From NCBI GenBank assembly GCA_947472795.1, contig CANJBL010000013.1, positions 3,553-67,552 on the forward strand: a DNA stretch of 64,000 nt. Reading direction: 5' to 3'. Source of the DNA: Fidelibacterota bacterium. GTDB lineage: Bacteria > Pseudomonadota > Alphaproteobacteria > Rhodospirillales > Rhodospirillaceae. Position numbers and translations under genes: made by a program. The notes beneath the pieces were generated by a model that was not told the origin of the DNA, ran no database searches, and worked only from the letters and a program-made list of their open reading frames with translations. Position 1 is the stretch's first letter. Each line of letters opens with the position of its first letter. Shown here piece by piece: positions 9,930 to 18,864 of the stretch.

Positions 9930-10900
9930 AGGTAGCCCTCATTATCGCGAAGGTCGCCATTACCCTCGCCCTGGCCTGGATCATCCTGGAGCGTGTTGAT
10001 CTCGCGCCGGTGGGCAGCTTCATTACGTCCAGCCGCGCGACGGCAGCCATGATCCTTTGCGTCGGCGTACTCATTGGCCAGGCGTTCATGGCGGCACTTC
10101 GCCTGCGCTGGATCATGCGGCTCATGGGCACGCACCTTCCGTTGAGCACCGGCTTCTCGACATGGATGAGCGGATTACTGGTGAGCCAGGCGACCTTCAT
10201 CGCCGGCGACGCCACGCGCATCTGGCAACTTGTCCAGCGCGGTCACGGCCGCAGGCTGTCGGCCGGCGCGATTTTTCTGGAACGCGCCCTGGGATTTGCG
10301 GTGCTGATGGCTATGGTGCTTGTGTCTCTGCCCTTTCTTCTGGCGCGGGATATGGATGCGGCGGTGCGCGCGGGTCTGTGGACGCTCGGCGGACTGTGTG
10401 GCGTAGGCATTCTGGGCTTCGTTGCGTCCGCATTCGTGAACCGGATCATTGCCCGTGTAGCACCGCGCCTGCACGCTCAGCGCATCGCCTCCGCCATTAC
10501 CGACATCACCTCGGCCGCGCGGCACCTCGCGAGCTCATGGAAGCTAACCATCGCGGTCATCCTTATCAACGTCATCATGCATCTCTGTAATGCGTTGGTT
10601 TTCTACATTCTGGGTTTGGCTGCGGATGTGAACCTGAGCATGGCCAATACAGTGATCGTGGCGCTGCCTGTCATGCTGATGGCCTTGATGCCGATTGCCT
10701 TGGCGGGGTGGGGCGTGCGCGAGGGCGCTGCGGTTGTGGGATATGGATTGTTCGGTATCGGCGCACAAACGGCGACCACGCTTTCCATCACCTTCGGCCT
10801 TGTGCTGCTGCTGACCAGCCTGCCAGGCGGCATTTTCCTCTGGGCCGGCAAGAAGGTTGCCGCCGAAGATCGCGAGCGTCAGCTAGTGGAGCAGATTTGA
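9926..10900 (+). CDS. UPF0104 / lysylphosphatidylglycerol-synthase-TM-region family (flippase-like) membrane protein
   Basis: 324-aa multi-TM ORF. The N-terminus MKVALIIAKVAITLALAWIILERVDL is typical of PF03706 proteins. Its GTG start overlaps the upstream stop (GTGA), suggesting translational coupling. Confidence 0.7.
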   Translation: MKVALIIAKVAITLALAWIILERVDLAPVGSFITSSRATAAMILCVGVLIGQAFMAALRLRWIMRLMGTHLPLSTGFSTWMSGLLVSQATFIAGDATRIWQLVQRGHGRRLSAGAIFLERALGFAVLMAMVLVSLPFLLARDMDAAVRAGLWTLGGLCGVGILGFVASAFVNRIIARVAPRLHAQRIASAITDITSAARHLASSWKLTIAVILINVIMHLCNALVFYILGLAADVNLSMANTVIVALPVMLMALMPIALAGWGVREGAAVVGYGLFGIGAQTATTLSITFGLVLLLTSLPGGIFLWAGKKVAAEDRERQLVEQI

Positions 10901-11050
10901 CATTCGCTACCTAGTTAGCGGAAAAAACTGAGCGGCGAATGTCAAATCGTAAGCTCCACTAGATTCATATATTTCTAGTGGTCCTTTGATTCTAACATTC
11001 GCAAACGAATCACCAGAACTGGGATGCGAATGTTAGAATCGGACCACTAG
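10896..11050. repeat. AT-rich block of three nested or adjacent inverted repeats ending 2 nt before the 11052 start codon
   Basis: IR1 is tttgacattcgc (10896-10907) / gcgaatgtcaaa (10935-10946). IR2 is ccactaga (10956-10963) / tctagtgg (10974-10981). IR3 is ctagtggtcc-ttt-gattctaacattcgca (10975-11003) / tgcgaatgttagaatc-ggaccactag (11025-11050). The motif ACATTCGC/GCGAATGT occurs 4 times. Confidence 0.8.
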
Positions 11051-11051
11051 C

Positions 11052-12056
11052 ATGAGCGACACGGCCCTTATCGTCACATCCATCAACGCGCCCAATGCGG
11101 TCATGGCCGCCTTGCGCGATGGCGCACGCGCGCAAGGCATACGTTTCATTGTGGTGGGCGACACCAAGAGCCCCGCCGACTTCGCGCTGGAGGACTGCGA
11201 TTTCTTCAGCATAGCCCAGCAGCATGCCACAGGGCTGAAGTTCGCTGGCCTTTGCCCCACACGCCATTATGCCCGCAAAAATATCGGCTATCTCGTGGCC
11301 ATTCGCGAAGGTGCGCGGCTGATTCTGGAGACCGACGACGATAACTTCCCGCGCCCGCCCTTCTTCGGCGCGCGCACATGCAGCCACAAAGTGCCCGTGG
11401 TGGCGCGGCCTGGATGGGCGAACCTCTATCGTTATTTCACCGGTGCCGTGATCTGGCCGCGCGGCCTGCCCTTGGATGAAGTGCACAGTCCGCTGGAGGA
11501 CTTTGCGCAGCTTGCGACAGCGACAGTGGAGTGCCCCATCCAGCAGGGTCTGGCCGACGCCAACCCAGATGTGGATGCGATTTACCGCCTGCTCTTCCCG
11601 CTGCCGCAGGACTTCCGCAACGACCGGCGCCTGGCGCTGGCGCCCGGTGCCTGGTGCCCCTTCAACAGCCAGAACACCGCCTGGTGGCCGGAAGCCTTTC
11701 CGCTTCTGTACCTGCCGGCGTATTGCTCATTCCGCATGACCGATATCTGGCGCAGCTTTGTCGCCGAGCGCATCGCAGGAGCTAACGGCTGGCACATCCT
11801 GTTCCACGAGGCCACGGTCTGGCAGGAGCGCAATGAACACAGCCTCATGCGCGACTTTGCTGATGAAATTTCCGGTTATCTCAACAACGCCCGCATCCGG
11901 GAGACCTTGGAAGCCGTGGATGTGGCGCCGGGCGTGCAGCATATTCCGGAAAACCTGCGCCGATGCTATAGGGCTCTGGTGGAGCTGGGCGTCGTGGGAG
12001 CGGAAGAGCTGCCGTTACTCGAAGCGTGGCTGCACGATCTGACGCATATCCTTTAA
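11052..12056 (+). CDS. putative glycosyltransferase, STELLO/DUF288-like
   Basis: 334-aa ORF. N-terminal LIVTSINAPNAV...IRFIVVGDTKSP and a later ETDDDNFP motif resemble DUF288-type glycosyltransferases. Assigned from memory of the family, not from a search. Confidence 0.5.
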   Translation: MSDTALIVTSINAPNAVMAALRDGARAQGIRFIVVGDTKSPADFALEDCDFFSIAQQHATGLKFAGLCPTRHYARKNIGYLVAIREGARLILETDDDNFPRPPFFGARTCSHKVPVVARPGWANLYRYFTGAVIWPRGLPLDEVHSPLEDFAQLATATVECPIQQGLADANPDVDAIYRLLFPLPQDFRNDRRLALAPGAWCPFNSQNTAWWPEAFPLLYLPAYCSFRMTDIWRSFVAERIAGANGWHILFHEATVWQERNEHSLMRDFADEISGYLNNARIRETLEAVDVAPGVQHIPENLRRCYRALVELGVVGAEELPLLEAWLHDLTHIL

Positions 12057-12104
12057 CACGGCGCTTCTTTCGACTCTGGCGCTGCCCGTTGGACATCCCC
12101 CTGC

Positions 12105-12797
12105 TTGCGCCTGTCTCTTTGCCTTTTGACGTGGAACGAAATCGAAGGTTGCCGCAAGGACGTACCGCGTCTCTCATTCGAAGGGTTTGACGAGGTCTTC
12201 GCCCTCGACGGCGGCTCGAAAGACGGCACCGTGGAGTTCCTCACCGCGCAAGGCATCGCCGTGCACCAACAGGAACTGCGTGGATACAATGGCGCCTATA
12301 TTTGCGCGTTTCGCCGCTGCACCACCGATGCCCTGGTGTTGTTTCATCCGAAGGGCTCGATCGATCCTTCCGTTGTTCAAAAATTCCGCCCCTATTTCGA
12401 ACGGGGCTACGACCTTGTTGTCGGCAGCCGCATGATCGCCGGTTCGGTCAATGAAGAGGACGGCAAACTCTTCCGTCCGCGTAAATGGTTCGTGCGCGCG
12501 TTGGCGCTGGTCGCGACGGTTCTTTGGAACCGGCGGGGCGCCATGACGTGGGACGTGCTTCATGGCCTGCGCGGTATGCGGAAAGATGCTTTTGACCGGA
12601 TCGATGCCTTGCCACGAGGATTGTCCATCGACCTGGAAATGGTGGTGCGCGCCTACCGCCTGGGCCTGAAGCAGGTTGAATTCCCGGTCATTGAAAAGCC
12701 CCGCCCCAGCGGCGAGACACACTTCAAGGCATGGCCCACGGGCAAGGCGCTTTTGCGCTATCTTTGGCAGGAATTGCGCCGGCCATCCGGCCTATAG
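12105..12797 (+). CDS. family 2 glycosyltransferase (polyprenyl-phosphate sugar synthase-like)
   Basis: 230-aa ORF with a TTG start. LSLCLLTWNE...ALDGGSKDGT...YNGAY and a C-terminal amphipathic tail are GT2/GtrB/Ppm1-like features. Confidence 0.7.
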   Translation: MRLSLCLLTWNEIEGCRKDVPRLSFEGFDEVFALDGGSKDGTVEFLTAQGIAVHQQELRGYNGAYICAFRRCTTDALVLFHPKGSIDPSVVQKFRPYFERGYDLVVGSRMIAGSVNEEDGKLFRPRKWFVRALALVATVLWNRRGAMTWDVLHGLRGMRKDAFDRIDALPRGLSIDLEMVVRAYRLGLKQVEFPVIEKPRPSGETHFKAWPTGKALLRYLWQELRRPSGL

Positions 12798-12873
12798 TGG
12801 GTCCGGAGTTGTCAAAGCCGAGGGGGTTTTCTATACATCCCCGAGACATCCGCCACGAGCTAGGATTCCATCC

Positions 12874-14172
12874 ATGATCCCGCGCTATGCCCGGCCCGCC
12901 ATGACCAAGATCTGGGAGCCGGACAACAAATTCCGTATCTGGTTCGAGATCGAAGCCCATGCCTGCGATGCCCAGGTGAAGCTGGGCGTCATTCCCGCAG
13001 AAGCCGCGAAAGCCGTCTGGCAGCGCGGCAAGTGGAACATCGAGCGCATCGACGAGATCGAGAGAGAGACCAAGCACGACGTCATCGCCTTCCTGACCAA
13101 CCTGGCGGAATACGTTGGGCCCGATGCGCGCTTTGTGCACCAGGGAATGACCTCGTCGGATGTGCTGGACACCTGTCTTTCCATGCAACTCGTGCAGGCC
13201 GCGGACATTCTGCTGACCGACATCGACGAACTGCTCGCCGCCCTGAAGCGCCGCGCGCTGGAACATAAAATGACAGTGGCCATGGGCCGTAGCCATGGCA
13301 TCCACGCCGAGCCCGTGACGCTGGGCCTGAAATTCGCGGGCTTCTATGCGGAGTTCCAGCGCAACCGTCAGCGGTTGGTGGCCGCGCGCGAAGACATCGC
13401 AAGCTGCGCCATCTCGGGTGCGGTTGGCACCTTCGCCAATATCGATCCCTTCGTGGAAACCTATGTCGCCGAGAAGATGGGCCTGCATGCGGAGCCCGTC
13501 TCGACGCAGGTGATCCCGCGCGACCGGCACGCCATGTACTTCTCGGTGCTGGGCGTCATCGCCAGTTCCATCGAGCGTTTGGCTACCGAAATCCGCCATC
13601 TGCAACGTACGGAAGTACGCGAGGTGGAAGAATATTTCTCGCCCGGGCAGAAGGGCTCGTCGGCCATGCCGCACAAGCGCAACCCGGTGCTGACGGAGAA
13701 TCTCACAGGATTGGCGCGCGTGGTGCGCAGCGCTGTCATCCCGGCCATGGAGAACGTGGCGCTGTGGCATGAGCGCGATATCTCGCATTCATCGGTCGAG
13801 CGCTACATCGGCCCTGATGCCACCATCACGCTGGACTTCGCGCTGGCGCGCGCCACCAACGTCATCGATAAGCTGGTGGTGTATCCGGATGCCATCGCGC
13901 GCAACCTCAACATGATGGGCGGCCTGGTCTTCTCGCAGCGTGTGATGCTGGCGTTGACGCAAGCCGGCGTGAGCCGCGAAGACTCCTATGTCTATGTTCA
14001 GCGCAATGCCATGAAGGTGTGGAACGACGGCGGCCAGCTGCTCGACCGCCTGAAGGGCGATACGGACGTGACCGCCAAGCTGCCAGTGCCGGAATTGGAG
14101 AAGCTGTTCGATATGGGCTACCACACCAAGCATATCGACACGATCTTCACGCGCGTATTCGGCAAAAGCTGA
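12874..14172 (+). CDS. purB: adenylosuccinate lyase
   Basis: MIPRYARPAMTKIWEPDNKF..., a GSSAMPHKRNP signature, and typical length (432 aa) from the in-frame ATG at 12874. The track ORF from 12676 is an upstream extension. Confidence 0.95.
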   Translation: MIPRYARPAMTKIWEPDNKFRIWFEIEAHACDAQVKLGVIPAEAAKAVWQRGKWNIERIDEIERETKHDVIAFLTNLAEYVGPDARFVHQGMTSSDVLDTCLSMQLVQAADILLTDIDELLAALKRRALEHKMTVAMGRSHGIHAEPVTLGLKFAGFYAEFQRNRQRLVAAREDIASCAISGAVGTFANIDPFVETYVAEKMGLHAEPVSTQVIPRDRHAMYFSVLGVIASSIERLATEIRHLQRTEVREVEEYFSPGQKGSSAMPHKRNPVLTENLTGLARVVRSAVIPAMENVALWHERDISHSSVERYIGPDATITLDFALARATNVIDKLVVYPDAIARNLNMMGGLVFSQRVMLALTQAGVSREDSYVYVQRNAMKVWNDGGQLLDRLKGDTDVTAKLPVPELEKLFDMGYHTKHIDTIFTRVFGKS

Positions 14173-14180
14173 CACGCATC

Positions 14181-14954
14181 ATGCCCTCCCCGGACGCCAG
14201 CATCGCTATTCTTGACCGCCTGGGCCTGGAGGAAGACCGCCTCGATACTTTGAATCCGCAAGCGCTGCGCGTGCTCGACGGACTGTGGATGGACCGCACA
14301 GACCCCACCAACCCGCAGCCGCGCAAAGGCGGGCACCTGACGCGCATAAAATCCGCCGTCCTACATAATTTAGTGACCGCGTTTCAACCCAGCCGAACCA
14401 TCGAGATCGGCCTGTTGTTGGGCGCTTCGGCCATGGTCATCATGGCGGCGGCTCAGCGTGAAGGCTATCTCGGTCACTTCGCCATGGACCCCGCGCAGAA
14501 CACACACGCGAAGGGTGCCGGCCTCGAGAACATTGTGGAGGCGGGCCTAAAGCCGCTGTTCACTTTTCTCGAGATCGAGAGTTGCTACGGGCTGCCCTAC
14601 CTGATCATCAACGCTTCGCCGACATTCGACTTCGCGTTCATCGATGCTTCGCACCACTTCGATCACACGCTGCTGGAGTTCTTCTACCTCGACCGCATGG
14701 TGCCGGTCGGAGGCGTGATTGCCTTCGACGATATCAAGACGCCGGCCGTGGAAGCGGTCATCAATTACGTCGCGGCCAACCGGCACTATGTCTGCCGCCG
14801 GGTCGGCGGGCTGGTCTGTGCCATAAAAATGGCCGACGACCTGCGCCACTGGTTCGAGTTCAATCGCTTCGAAATTCCAGACGGCGCGGCCTTCATGCAG
14901 AAGAAATATACCGACAGCGGCAAAACACCGCGGCTGAAGTCATACAAGAGTTGA
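14181..14954 (+). CDS. class I SAM-dependent methyltransferase (Methyltransf_24 / O-MT family 3-like)
   Basis: In-frame ATG at 14181, just after the purB stop. Motif I-like TIEIGLLLGASAM and FAFIDASHHFDHTLLEF are present. Confidence 0.65.
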   Translation: MPSPDASIAILDRLGLEEDRLDTLNPQALRVLDGLWMDRTDPTNPQPRKGGHLTRIKSAVLHNLVTAFQPSRTIEIGLLLGASAMVIMAAAQREGYLGHFAMDPAQNTHAKGAGLENIVEAGLKPLFTFLEIESCYGLPYLIINASPTFDFAFIDASHHFDHTLLEFFYLDRMVPVGGVIAFDDIKTPAVEAVINYVAANRHYVCRRVGGLVCAIKMADDLRHWFEFNRFEIPDGAAFMQKKYTDSGKTPRLKSYKS

Positions 14955-14958
14955 CCGG

Positions 14959-15285
14959 TTATTTGGCTTCGGCGATCTGTGTCACGGCAGCAGCAAAGCT
15001 TTCCTGAAGAGCGCGCGAAGTCTCGGTGCGATTGACGGAAAGACCGGCGGCTTTGAAATCGCGCTCGACCTTTTCCAGCATGTCGTCATCGCCGGGCTTC
15101 TCGAAATTCGCATCGACGACTGTCTTGGCATACTCCTCGGATACTGCGCCCGCATAACCAAGCTTGCCGGCAGCCCACTGGCCAAAGAGCTTGTCGCGGC
15201 GGGCCTGGGCGCGAAAGCGCTGCTCCTCATCGAGCTGATACTTGCGTTCAAAACCCTTCTCGCGATCATCGAATGCGCCGGCCAT
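14959..15285 (-). CDS. DUF1476 protein (alphaproteobacterial F1-ATPase inhibitor zeta subunit family)
   Basis: 108 aa from the ATG at 15285 (GGAGGA RBS): MAGAFDDREKGFERKYQLDEEQRFRAQARRDKLFGQWAA is characteristic of DUF1476. Confidence 0.85.
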   Translation of the reverse strand: MAGAFDDREKGFERKYQLDEEQRFRAQARRDKLFGQWAAGKLGYAGAVSEEYAKTVVDANFEKPGDDDMLEKVERDFKAAGLSVNRTETSRALQESFAAAVTQIAEAK

Positions 15286-15393
15286 AGTGGTCCTCCGTTG
15301 TGTGCCTCTTTCGCATATGGAGACACTGCCGGGCGCTCGCAACCTAGGTTCGTGTAACTGGCGGAACACGTTGGCAACGATTAGGTTACAGAC

Positions 15394-16158
15394 ATGTGCA
15401 CCGTTGTCCTTCTCCGCCGCCCCGGCCAAGCTTGGCCACTAATCCTGGGCGCCAACCGCGACGAAATGTTGAACCGCGCCTGGAAGCCGCCGGCCCGCCA
15501 CTGGCCGGAGCGCACCGACATGGTGGCGGGCCTGGACGAGGTCGGGGGCGGCACGTGGATGGGGTTGAACGACACAGGCGTTGTGGCTTGCATCCTGAAC
15601 CGTCATGGCTCTCTTGGCCCTTTGCCCGGCAAGCGCAGCCGCGGCGAGTTGGTGCTGGAAGCTTTAGACCATGCCGATGCCTCCGACGCGGCCTATGCGC
15701 TGAGCGACCTCGACCCCGCCTCCTACCGCTCTTTCAATATGATCATTGCCGACAACCGTGATGCGTGGTGGCTGTCTATGGCCGACAACAAACGGCCCGT
15801 GCGTCTCGAGCGTATCCCTGAAGGGCTTTCGATGTTCACGGCCCAGGAACGCAACGACGAGAGCGATGCGCGCATCGCGGCTTACTTGCCGCGTTTCCGC
15901 GCTGCACCAGTGCCGGACCCAGATGCGCAGAATTGGGAAGGCTGGCGCGCGCTGCTGGCGTCGACCGACGACGCTGGCGGAACTGCGACGACGGCCATGA
16001 GCTTCCGAATGGCCAATGGCTTTGGCACGTCGTCTTCGTCGCTGCTGGCAGTGCCGTCGGTCGAAGCAGCATTCAACGCCGACAAAAAAGCCCCCATCTG
16101 GCTGTTCGCCGCGGGGGCTCCGGATCATACGTCTTACGCGCCGGTCGATCTCACATAA
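15394..16158 (+). CDS. NRDE-family (TANGO2/DUF833) protein
   Basis: MCTVVLL...ILGANRDE motif at the N-terminus; 254 aa. Confidence 0.85.
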   Translation: MCTVVLLRRPGQAWPLILGANRDEMLNRAWKPPARHWPERTDMVAGLDEVGGGTWMGLNDTGVVACILNRHGSLGPLPGKRSRGELVLEALDHADASDAAYALSDLDPASYRSFNMIIADNRDAWWLSMADNKRPVRLERIPEGLSMFTAQERNDESDARIAAYLPRFRAAPVPDPDAQNWEGWRALLASTDDAGGTATTAMSFRMANGFGTSSSSLLAVPSVEAAFNADKKAPIWLFAAGAPDHTSYAPVDLT

Positions 16159-16184
16159 CCCGCCGGCTGTCGCGCGCACTTATA

Positions 16185-16210
16185 GAGGGGACCGCCGTGA
16201 CGGTCCCCTC
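16185..16210. terminator. GC-rich hairpin between convergent genes (weak U-tract)
   Basis: gaggggaccg-ccgtga-cggtcccctc is a perfect 10-bp stem. It sits between the stop at 16158 (+) and the stop at 16218 (-). Confidence 0.4.
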
Positions 16211-16217
16211 GGAACTC

Positions 16218-16583
16218 CTAGTGCTTCGTCTTCAGCAGTTTTGCGTCGGCGGCGTTGACGTCGACGATCTGGCTAATCTTGCAGATTCCGCCGCCAGCCT
16301 CTTTCACCTGCAGCGTGTCGCTGCTGCAAAGGTCATCGGAATGCGTCTGATGGATAAAGCCGCTCATGGTGATGCCGAGGCAGGGGCCCATGAGATCGAC
16401 ACGCTTGAAACTGCCGTTCTTCATTTCCAGAAGCACGGTGCGGTCATCCACCGCCGGTGACTGGTCGATCTGGTTCAGACGTACGCAGGTTTGGCGTGGG
16501 GTATCAGCAGCGCTGGCGGCCGAAACGGAGATCGCAGCCAAAGCGGTTGCTGCGAAGGTGATGAGGAGGGATTTCTTGGTCAT
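16218..16583 (-). CDS. small secreted hypothetical protein
   Basis: ATG at 16583 is preceded by AAGGAGA. Signal peptide MTKKSLLITFAATALAAISVSAASA. Several Cys residues. Confidence 0.7.
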   Translation of the reverse strand: MTKKSLLITFAATALAAISVSAASAADTPRQTCVRLNQIDQSPAVDDRTVLLEMKNGSFKRVDLMGPCLGITMSGFIHQTHSDDLCSSDTLQVKEAGGGICKISQIVDVNAADAKLLKTKH

Positions 16584-16995
16584 ACGATATCTCCTTGGGC
16601 ATATGAGCGGCGACATGGGAGGCAAAGACAACGGTAGCGAATGCGTGAAGTTCTGCCGTCAAACCGGATGCAAAGTGAAGTTGCGCGAAGGATACGGCTA
16701 TTTTATGGCGGTTGCATCCTTCCGCCGGTAACACCTGCACCCCAAGACGCTGGCCCACCCCGCTTTATTCCCCATTTGTCCGCCCCCCCGAGTCTGTCGT
16801 TTTCGAGCCTGTGGATATCTTGGAAAGCCGCACAGGACCTTATCTTGGGCCTGTTTTCTGCGATTCCCAGGTATGCGCGCGGGTGCGTTGTAGGGCTTGC
16901 CCTCTCCTGCTATATCGACCCCAATATGTAGCCCTAAAAGCCTAGTCCAGGCGGGGCCGGCGCGAGCATCGCCGTTAACCAATGTGGGAACGTTC

Positions 16996-17763
16996 ATGGC
17001 GCGCCGCAAACAGATCTACGAGGGGAAAGCCAAAGTCCTGTTCGAGGGACCTGAGCCCGGTACCCTGGTGCAATACTTCAAGGACGACGCCACCGCCTTC
17101 AACAACAAGAAGAAGGGCACGATTACCGGTAAGGGCGTGCTCAACAACCGCATCTCGGAATACCTGATGATGCGCCTGGAGGAGATCGGCATCCCCACCC
17201 ACTTCGTGCGCCGCCTGAACATGCGCGAACAGCTGGTGAAGGAAGTAGAGATCATTCCGATTGAAGTCGTGGTGCGCAATATCGCCGCCGGCTCGATCTC
17301 GACGCGCTTCGCGATCCCTGAAGGCACGCGCCTGCCGCGCTCCATCGTCGAGTACTATTACAAGAACGACGAGTTCAACGACCCCATGGTGTCGGAAGAG
17401 CACATCACCGGTTTCGGTTGGGCGGCGATCCACGAGATCGACGAGATGCTGAATATGAGCTTGCGCGTCAACGACTACCTGGGCGGGCTGTTCCTCGGCA
17501 TTGGAATCAAATTGGTCGATTTCAAAGTGGAGTTCGGCCGCCTGTATCATGAGAACGGCGACGTGCAGATCGTGCTGGCCGATGAGTTGTCGCCCGACAA
17601 CATGCGCCTGTGGGACACCAAGACCAACGAGAAGATGGACAAGGACCGTTTCCGCCGCGACCTGGGCCGCATCGAAGAGGCCTATCAGGAAGTCGCGCGC
17701 CGCCTGGGCATCCTGCCGGAAAGCGGCCCCACGGATGTTAAGGGGCCATCAACGCTGCAGTAA
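16996..17763 (+). CDS. purC: phosphoribosylaminoimidazole-succinocarboxamide (SAICAR) synthase
   Basis: [41 protein letters not shown]... is the canonical alphaproteobacterial PurC sequence. Confidence 0.95.
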   Translation: MARRKQIYEGKAKVLFEGPEPGTLVQYFKDDATAFNNKKKGTITGKGVLNNRISEYLMMRLEEIGIPTHFVRRLNMREQLVKEVEIIPIEVVVRNIAAGSISTRFAIPEGTRLPRSIVEYYYKNDEFNDPMVSEEHITGFGWAAIHEIDEMLNMSLRVNDYLGGLFLGIGIKLVDFKVEFGRLYHENGDVQIVLADELSPDNMRLWDTKTNEKMDKDRFRRDLGRIEEAYQEVARRLGILPESGPTDVKGPSTLQ

Positions 17764-17772
17764 AATATACAT

Positions 17773-17897
17773 GTCGTCCTCGGACCTGATCCGAGGACCC
17801 AGGGTTACAAAAAGCCGTACTCTGCGGCGATCACATATCCCTCGGCACGGTTTGACTTCGTAACCCTGGACCCTCGGGACAAGCCCGAGGGTGACGA
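17773..17897. repeat. REP/BIME-like element: two inverted copies of a palindromic unit
   Basis: The left arm is tcgtcctcggacctgatccgaggacccagggttac. The reverse complement of the right arm is tcgtcaccctcgggcttgtcccgagggtccagggttac. Each arm is itself a hairpin. The same unit recurs at 33164..33310, 51261..51297 and 27921..27953. Confidence 0.8.
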
Positions 17898-17926
17898 ATA
17901 GAGTGAGCGAGAGTTCGGAGAAGAAT

Positions 17927-18172
17927 GTGAAAGCGAAAGTACACATCACGCTGAAGAATGGCGTGCTCGACCCGCAAGGCAAAGCCGTTGAACATGCCCT
18001 GCACGGCTTAGGCTTCGGTGGCGTTGGCGGCGTACGCCAGGGCAAGTACATCGAAGTGGACCTGCCGCAGCAGAGCGACAAAGCCAAAGCCAAGAGTCAG
18101 GTCGAGGACATGTGCAAGGCATTGCTGGCCAACACCGTCATCGAGAACTACAGCGTCGAGGTGGTGGACTAA
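17927..18172 (+). CDS. purS: phosphoribosylformylglycinamidine synthase subunit PurS
   Basis: [30 protein letters not shown]... The GTG at 17927 is preceded by GGAGAAG. The track start at 17891 lies inside the REP element. Confidence 0.9.
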   Translation: MKAKVHITLKNGVLDPQGKAVEHALHGLGFGGVGGVRQGKYIEVDLPQQSDKAKAKSQVEDMCKALLANTVIENYSVEVVD

Positions 18173-18174
18173 CG

Positions 18175-18864
18175 ATGAAAGCCGCGGTCATCGTTTTCCC
18201 GGGCTCCAACTGCGATCGCGACATCGCACTCGCCCTCGAGCAAAGCATCGGCAAACCCACGACAATGCTCTGGCACCAGGACACCAACGTGCCCGATGTG
18301 GATTTGATCGTGGTGCCCGGCGGCTTCTCCTACGGCGATTACTTACGCTGCGGCGCCATGGCGGCCCATTCGCCCATCATGCGCGAAGTGAAGCGCCGCG
18401 CCGACAAAGGCACGCGCGTACTGGGCATCTGCAACGGTTTCCAGATCATCACCGAAGCGGGCCTTCTGCCCGGCGTGCTGATGCGCAACAAAGACCTGAA
18501 GTACGTGTGCAAGGACGTCCTTGTGAAGGTGGAAGACTCGCAGAGTGCCTTCACCGCCAAATACAAAGTGGGCGACGTGCTGCGCATTCCCATCGGCCAT
18601 GCCGAGGGCAATTATTTCGCCGACGAAGCCACCCTGAAAGAACTGGAAGACCAGGGCCGCGTGGCGTTCCGGTATTGCACGCCGACCGGCGAGATCACCG
18701 ATGCGGCCAACCCCAACGGCTCGCAACACAACATTGCCGGCGTCTTCAACAAGGCACGCACGGTGCTGGGCATGATGCCGCACCCAGAACGTTTAGCGGA
18801 CAAGCACCTGGGCGGCACCGACGGCCGCGCCATGTTCGACGCCCTGGTGGAAACGCTCGCATGA
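18175..18864 (+). CDS. purQ: phosphoribosylformylglycinamidine synthase subunit PurQ (glutaminase)
   Basis: [16 protein letters not shown]...[13 protein letters not shown]...GICNGFQ...HPE catalytic triad pattern. Confidence 0.95.
   Translation: MKAAVIVFPGSNCDRDIALALEQSIGKPTTMLWHQDTNVPDVDLIVVPGGFSYGDYLRCGAMAAHSPIMREVKRRADKGTRVLGICNGFQIITEAGLLPGVLMRNKDLKYVCKDVLVKVEDSQSAFTAKYKVGDVLRIPIGHAEGNYFADEATLKELEDQGRVAFRYCTPTGEITDAANPNGSQHNIAGVFNKARTVLGMMPHPERLADKHLGGTDGRAMFDALVETLA

Noticed and set aside
16930-16960. CCAGGCGG string upstream of purC, whose reverse complement CCGCCTGG recalls the 3' pseudoknot strand of ZTP (pfl) riboswitches that control purine genes.
   Set aside because: The motif is on the wrong strand for purC. 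The minus-strand gene it would control is a small secreted protein. I could not find the accompanying 5' subdomain.
18018-18860. 5' extension of the purL ORF (1012 aa in the track) running across purS and purQ.
   Set aside because: The extension is Arg/Pro-rich nonsense in a frame overlapping two well-supported genes. Canonical PurL begins at [10 protein letters not shown] (18861), with an ATGA overlap to purQ. The same logic applies to the extensions of glmU (43819..44001), aatA (61641..62063), purB (12676..12873), trxB, purC, lrp and the 14019 start.
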